From assembly GCA_021827485.1 (NCBI GenBank), contig JAKAVM010000058.1:1-59898 (forward strand): a stretch of 59,898 nt of DNA, written 5' to 3'. Shown in pieces: positions 56,505 to 59,898 of the stretch. The notes under the pieces are model-generated. The model was not told where the DNA came from and made no database searches. It saw nothing but the letters and a program-made list of their open reading frames with translations. This DNA comes from Actinomycetes bacterium. GTDB taxonomy: Bacteria; Actinomycetota; Acidimicrobiia; Acidimicrobiales; JAKAVM01. The translations under genes and the position numbers were made by a program. Numbering within the stretch: position 1 is the stretch's first letter; each line of letters starts with the position of its first letter.

Positions 56505-57563
56505 ATGAAACTTCGAAGGATTGTCTCAGTTCCCGCCAGAGGCGCTATACGATTGTTGGCTAAATCCGAGGCGGCAAGCAAGGTAATCGAACAATCTGCC
56601 TCAAAACTTGAGAGCATGATAAGACTTGCAAATACTCAAATCTCTGACATACTAGCTCAAAATGTTCAACCTTCGACACGGCCAGGCGATGTATCAGTTC
56701 AAGACTACCAAGATGACGGTCTCTATGGAGCTTCATATTTTGGTGAAGGACGCAATCCTCAGAGCAGGGAGGGTATATCTGGTTACGAGAGCTATACGAG
56801 AGAGTCATCAAATGCTAACCTTCAAGCCTTTACAACGTGGAGTGTCTTTGAATGCACAAAATCCCTTGACGTAGGTTGCGCTTTAGGGTGGTCAGTAGAG
56901 GCTTTTCGAGAAATAGGTTTTGACACTACTGGGGTTGAGTATTCGAAATTTGCCGTAGACCACTGTGCCCCAGGAGCCAGCGGCCATATTTACCAAGGCG
57001 ACCTTATTCAGGGCCTTAGCTTTGGTGACGGAGAGTTTGAACTAGTAACAGCCTTTGAGATTCTTGAACATCTTCCTCCTGAATCAATCGACAAGGCCAT
57101 ATCAGAACTGCGTAGGGTTACCTCGCGTTATCTTTTTGCCACTATTCCAACATTTGGTCCGAACAAGTACGGACCAGATGGATGGCTGTATGGGAAAGTA
57201 AGAGACGAGAAGCTTGCGTACTACGATGCTCAGCGTAATACTTTCAAAGGCCCAGTACCATATAAAGACCTTATGCGAGACAAGAACGGGAACCCAGTTG
57301 AAGGTCATCTTACAATCGCAAGCTTTGACTGGTGGCAAGAGCGTTTTCAAGCATGTGGATTTGAAAGATGCGGGGCTCTGGAAGAGCGGATCTATCCTGT
57401 TATTGATGCTCTTGGACTCGTGGGCTTTTGGAATCTTCACGTTTACAAAGTTCCAGGTGTTCCAGACCCCCCAGTAGACCTCAGATCACCTACAGAAATT
57501 GCAGATCTGGAAGCTCGCTGGGCGATTGATACTCGCAAGCAAATTGTTGCAGATAACTTCTAG
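56505..57563 (+). CDS. Class I SAM-dependent methyltransferase
   Basis: SLDVGCALG, GVEYS, FEILEHL. Confidence 0.85.
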   Translation: MKLRRIVSVPARGAIRLLAKSEAASKVIEQSASKLESMIRLANTQISDILAQNVQPSTRPGDVSVQDYQDDGLYGASYFGEGRNPQSREGISGYESYTRESSNANLQAFTTWSVFECTKSLDVGCALGWSVEAFREIGFDTTGVEYSKFAVDHCAPGASGHIYQGDLIQGLSFGDGEFELVTAFEILEHLPPESIDKAISELRRVTSRYLFATIPTFGPNKYGPDGWLYGKVRDEKLAYYDAQRNTFKGPVPYKDLMRDKNGNPVEGHLTIASFDWWQERFQACGFERCGALEERIYPVIDALGLVGFWNLHVYKVPGVPDPPVDLRSPTEIADLEARWAIDTRKQIVADNF

Positions 57564-57620
57564 GTAGATACCCTAAGAAAATAGGTGCAGAAACTTCTTA
57601 GTAGCTCGACAAGATTTTGG

Positions 57621-58586
57621 TCAAGACACCTCGGACTTTGAAGTTTCGGCCGCAATCTGGGTATTTAGTACTGCACCGAGCAAAATCACGTAAGTTATAA
57701 GGTAGGTTGCAACCATTGCTATCACCACGCCTGCAAGAAAACCATAAATGACTACATAGTGAGTCGAAAAGTGTAGATATAAACCAAATACAGATACAAG
57801 AACAACAATGACCACCACCGAAACTGCTGCTCCGGGAAACAGGTGCCGAAAACCCACACGCGTGCCTATCGAGAAGCGATAGAGCCCACATATGGTACCC
57901 CAGATCACTATCAGAAAAGCCGGAACTCCCCACAGTATATTTAGCCCATGCGATACATCTTTGAAACTGAATGAAGCAGTACCTGCCGACATGGCTATTA
58001 TTCCAAATAGCAATACGCCTGCGAACCCCCCAACAAAAGCCCGTGTTCGTGCACGGATATAGGTCATTCGACGAAGGCAGTATGCGGTGCGTATAGCTCG
58101 ATCTAAGTTATATACTCCGGCAGACACACTCCACAAAGTTAGCAATAGTGAAGCGGCCAGCCCTAATGAGACTCCAGTTGGGTCACTCGATGCTACCTTC
58201 AGCAGCTGGGTTGAAATAGTCTTGCCCAAAGAACCGGGAACTAACCGCACCAAACTTTCGACATCACGACTAACCTCATGCGGGCTTAGTATCAAGCCAA
58301 AGATACTTATCACAGCACTAGCTAATGGAAGTAGTGAAATCACTAACCAGAAAGCCGCTCCAGAGGCCGCAAGACCAAGTTGCTGAGATGACTGTTCGGA
58401 AATAGTTTTACGAATAAGTCGAATCAAACGGGACAATCGAGGATGTTCGTCAAGACTAGAGTCCAAGCGTTCCTTAACCTTATCCCCTTCCTCAACTAGT
58501 GCCTTGCGTTCACGGACTATCGCATCTTCGAAATTAACCTTAGTTGACGCTTGGCGCGCAGGTATGGGTGAGTTACCTTCGCTCAC
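57621..58586 (-). CDS. YihY/virulence factor BrkB family membrane protein
   Basis: ASGAAFW..ISLLP, LWSVS.G, YG.LAG...LLGA.LN. Confidence 0.88.
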   Translation of the reverse strand: MSEGNSPIPARQASTKVNFEDAIVRERKALVEEGDKVKERLDSSLDEHPRLSRLIRLIRKTISEQSSQQLGLAASGAAFWLVISLLPLASAVISIFGLILSPHEVSRDVESLVRLVPGSLGKTISTQLLKVASSDPTGVSLGLAASLLLTLWSVSAGVYNLDRAIRTAYCLRRMTYIRARTRAFVGGFAGVLLFGIIAMSAGTASFSFKDVSHGLNILWGVPAFLIVIWGTICGLYRFSIGTRVGFRHLFPGAAVSVVVIVVLVSVFGLYLHFSTHYVVIYGFLAGVVIAMVATYLITYVILLGAVLNTQIAAETSKSEVS

Positions 58587-59898
58587 ATGCCCTCGAATGA
58601 GGTACTAGGAGAGTCTAACGAATCTACCTTCACTGGCAGAACCTCAAAAACTCTGGAACGACCCAAGACCAACAAACATCCCACAGCCATCAGAATAATA
58701 ACCACAAGACCGATTAGTGACAGATACTCTGAAATAATCAAATATCTCGGTTGATATACTATCTTGATAAGATAGTGTCCCGGAGGTATGGTCAAGCCTT
58801 GAACTAGTCCGTCAGGCACGATGTTCTCGCTAGATTCGACTCCATTTGCCTGATTGATCAACAAGGCCTTCCAACCGCTCTGGTAGGCAACACTACGTAC
58901 AAACTTCACTGGGCCTAAAGATTGTGTTTCTATGTCGACATTGCCGTCTAAAGACCCGCTCAGGATTCTATAGCTTGCACCTGGCCCAGCTGCTGGCAGT
59001 ATGTATGCAGAGTTCTCACTTGCCTTGAGCGAGAATTGCTCATAGCCAAATGCTGGCCCCACCATCGTCCAATTCGACGGTTGAAGATATCCCGCCAGCG
59101 GCCCCTGCAAAGCATAATTTGTTGGGCCGTTATCGTAAATAATTAGGTTTGATACATGAATAGTTGCAGAGCTAGAAAGATTTTCTATTTCGATGCCGAT
59201 AGCCTGAAATGGAGTTGTCAGTGAAAGAAAACCTGTACCAGCCTGGGACACATTCCAAGACTGCGGCCAATAAACATCTCCCGCAGGCCCGACTAATCCA
59301 ACTTTTACACCCGACGATCCGCTATTGACACTTGGTAAGGGCATTGAATTGGTAAATTCAATTTCTTGCACCCCTAGCTGGGCCCCAAAGAACCATCCCC
59401 TGGTTTGAGAGATGGAAATCCCCCAAGACTGTTTTGAGTGTATCGTCTTATCATTTCTAATTGGTTTCATTAGATAGTTGCTAAGAGTATAGATGGAGTT
59501 CAAATCAATTTGGCGCGCCACTGAGGGGTTGAGTATCGAGCTATCGAATGTCGCTTGACCATGAGTTCCGGTTGCATGAGCGTAATAACCCGGTGCAATT
59601 GAACTATATCCTTGAATACTATAAGTATCCTTCAAGATATTAGTATCCGGTTGCCCTAGATGTACTAGTCCATATTTATTCAGGATCTCTGGATCATATA
59701 TTGCAATACGATTGAAAGAAGGCTGCTGGAGCGGCCCTGAGGGCCCCTGGCTTGAGGGGGGCGGGACTGACGAACCCTGGCCTTGGGAACTTTGGGGGGG
59801 CGGGACTGACGAACCCTGGCCTTGGGAACTTTGGGGGGGCGGGACTGACGAACCCTGGCCTTGGGAACTTTGGGAACCTTGGGGACTAGTGGAGATAG
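58583..59898 (-). CDS. YfhO-like membrane protein, 5' end outside the window
   Basis: Frame open from the window edge (ISTSPQG...RIAIYDP...SIQGYSSI); C-terminal Y..GWKA...PPG...I...Y.P plus TM. Confidence 0.65.
   Translation of the reverse strand, partial: ISTSPQGSQSSQGQGSSVPPPQSSQGQGSSVPPPQSSQGQGSSVPPPSSQGPSGPLQQPSFNRIAIYDPEILNKYGLVHLGQPDTNILKDTYSIQGYSSIAPGYYAHATGTHGQATFDSSILNPSVARQIDLNSIYTLSNYLMKPIRNDKTIHSKQSWGISISQTRGWFFGAQLGVQEIEFTNSMPLPSVNSGSSGVKVGLVGPAGDVYWPQSWNVSQAGTGFLSLTTPFQAIGIEIENLSSSATIHVSNLIIYDNGPTNYALQGPLAGYLQPSNWTMVGPAFGYEQFSLKASENSAYILPAAGPGASYRILSGSLDGNVDIETQSLGPVKFVRSVAYQSGWKALLINQANGVESSENIVPDGLVQGLTIPPGHYLIKIVYQPRYLIISEYLSLIGLVVIILMAVGCLLVLGRSRVFEVLPVKVDSLDSPSTSFEGM
59756..59872. 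repeat. 39-bp in-frame coding repeat x3 (PPPQSSQGQGSSV)
   Basis: gcgggactgacgaaccctggccttgggaacttt at 59761, 59800 and 59839. Confidence 0.92.

Overview
Bacterial chromosomal window, probably an actinobacterium of the class Acidimicrobiia. This is inferred from an F420-dependent LLM oxidoreductase, a DUF222 protein, an Rv0081-like ArsR/hyc operon and secreted proteins with GYW-x3-DGG-x-F-x-FG repeats. Most of the window is housekeeping or accessory metabolism: haloalkane dehalogenase, LMW-PTP/fructosamine kinase/MFS, a frameshifted ClC channel, a six-subunit hydrogenase-4/Ehr-like complex, PFK, diguanylate cyclase, ABC/PAP2, thioredoxin, BCP, tRNA-Arg(ACG) and tRNA-Ser(GCT). The main feature is a defence island at about 7.9-24.3 kb, visibly GC-richer in its first 10 kb. 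It holds a type I RM operon (hsdR-hsdS...hsdM) whose HsdS has two identical TRDs. Between hsdS and hsdM sit an MNT, HEPN- and EVE-like remnants, and a TcmP plus DUF5131 (three-Cys) pair. Downstream are a kinase-Schlafen/AlbA_2 fusion with a WNK-like displaced lysine, an XRE-IrrE + DUF4411 PIN pair and an AbiE-like pair. Further TA modules (HTH-MNT/HEPN, VapBC with an apparent CTG start, Phd/RelE next to tRNA-Ser) and many short tandem repeats occur elsewhere. No integrase, transposase or CRISPR array was recognised. All family calls come from motif recognition by eye, not database searches.
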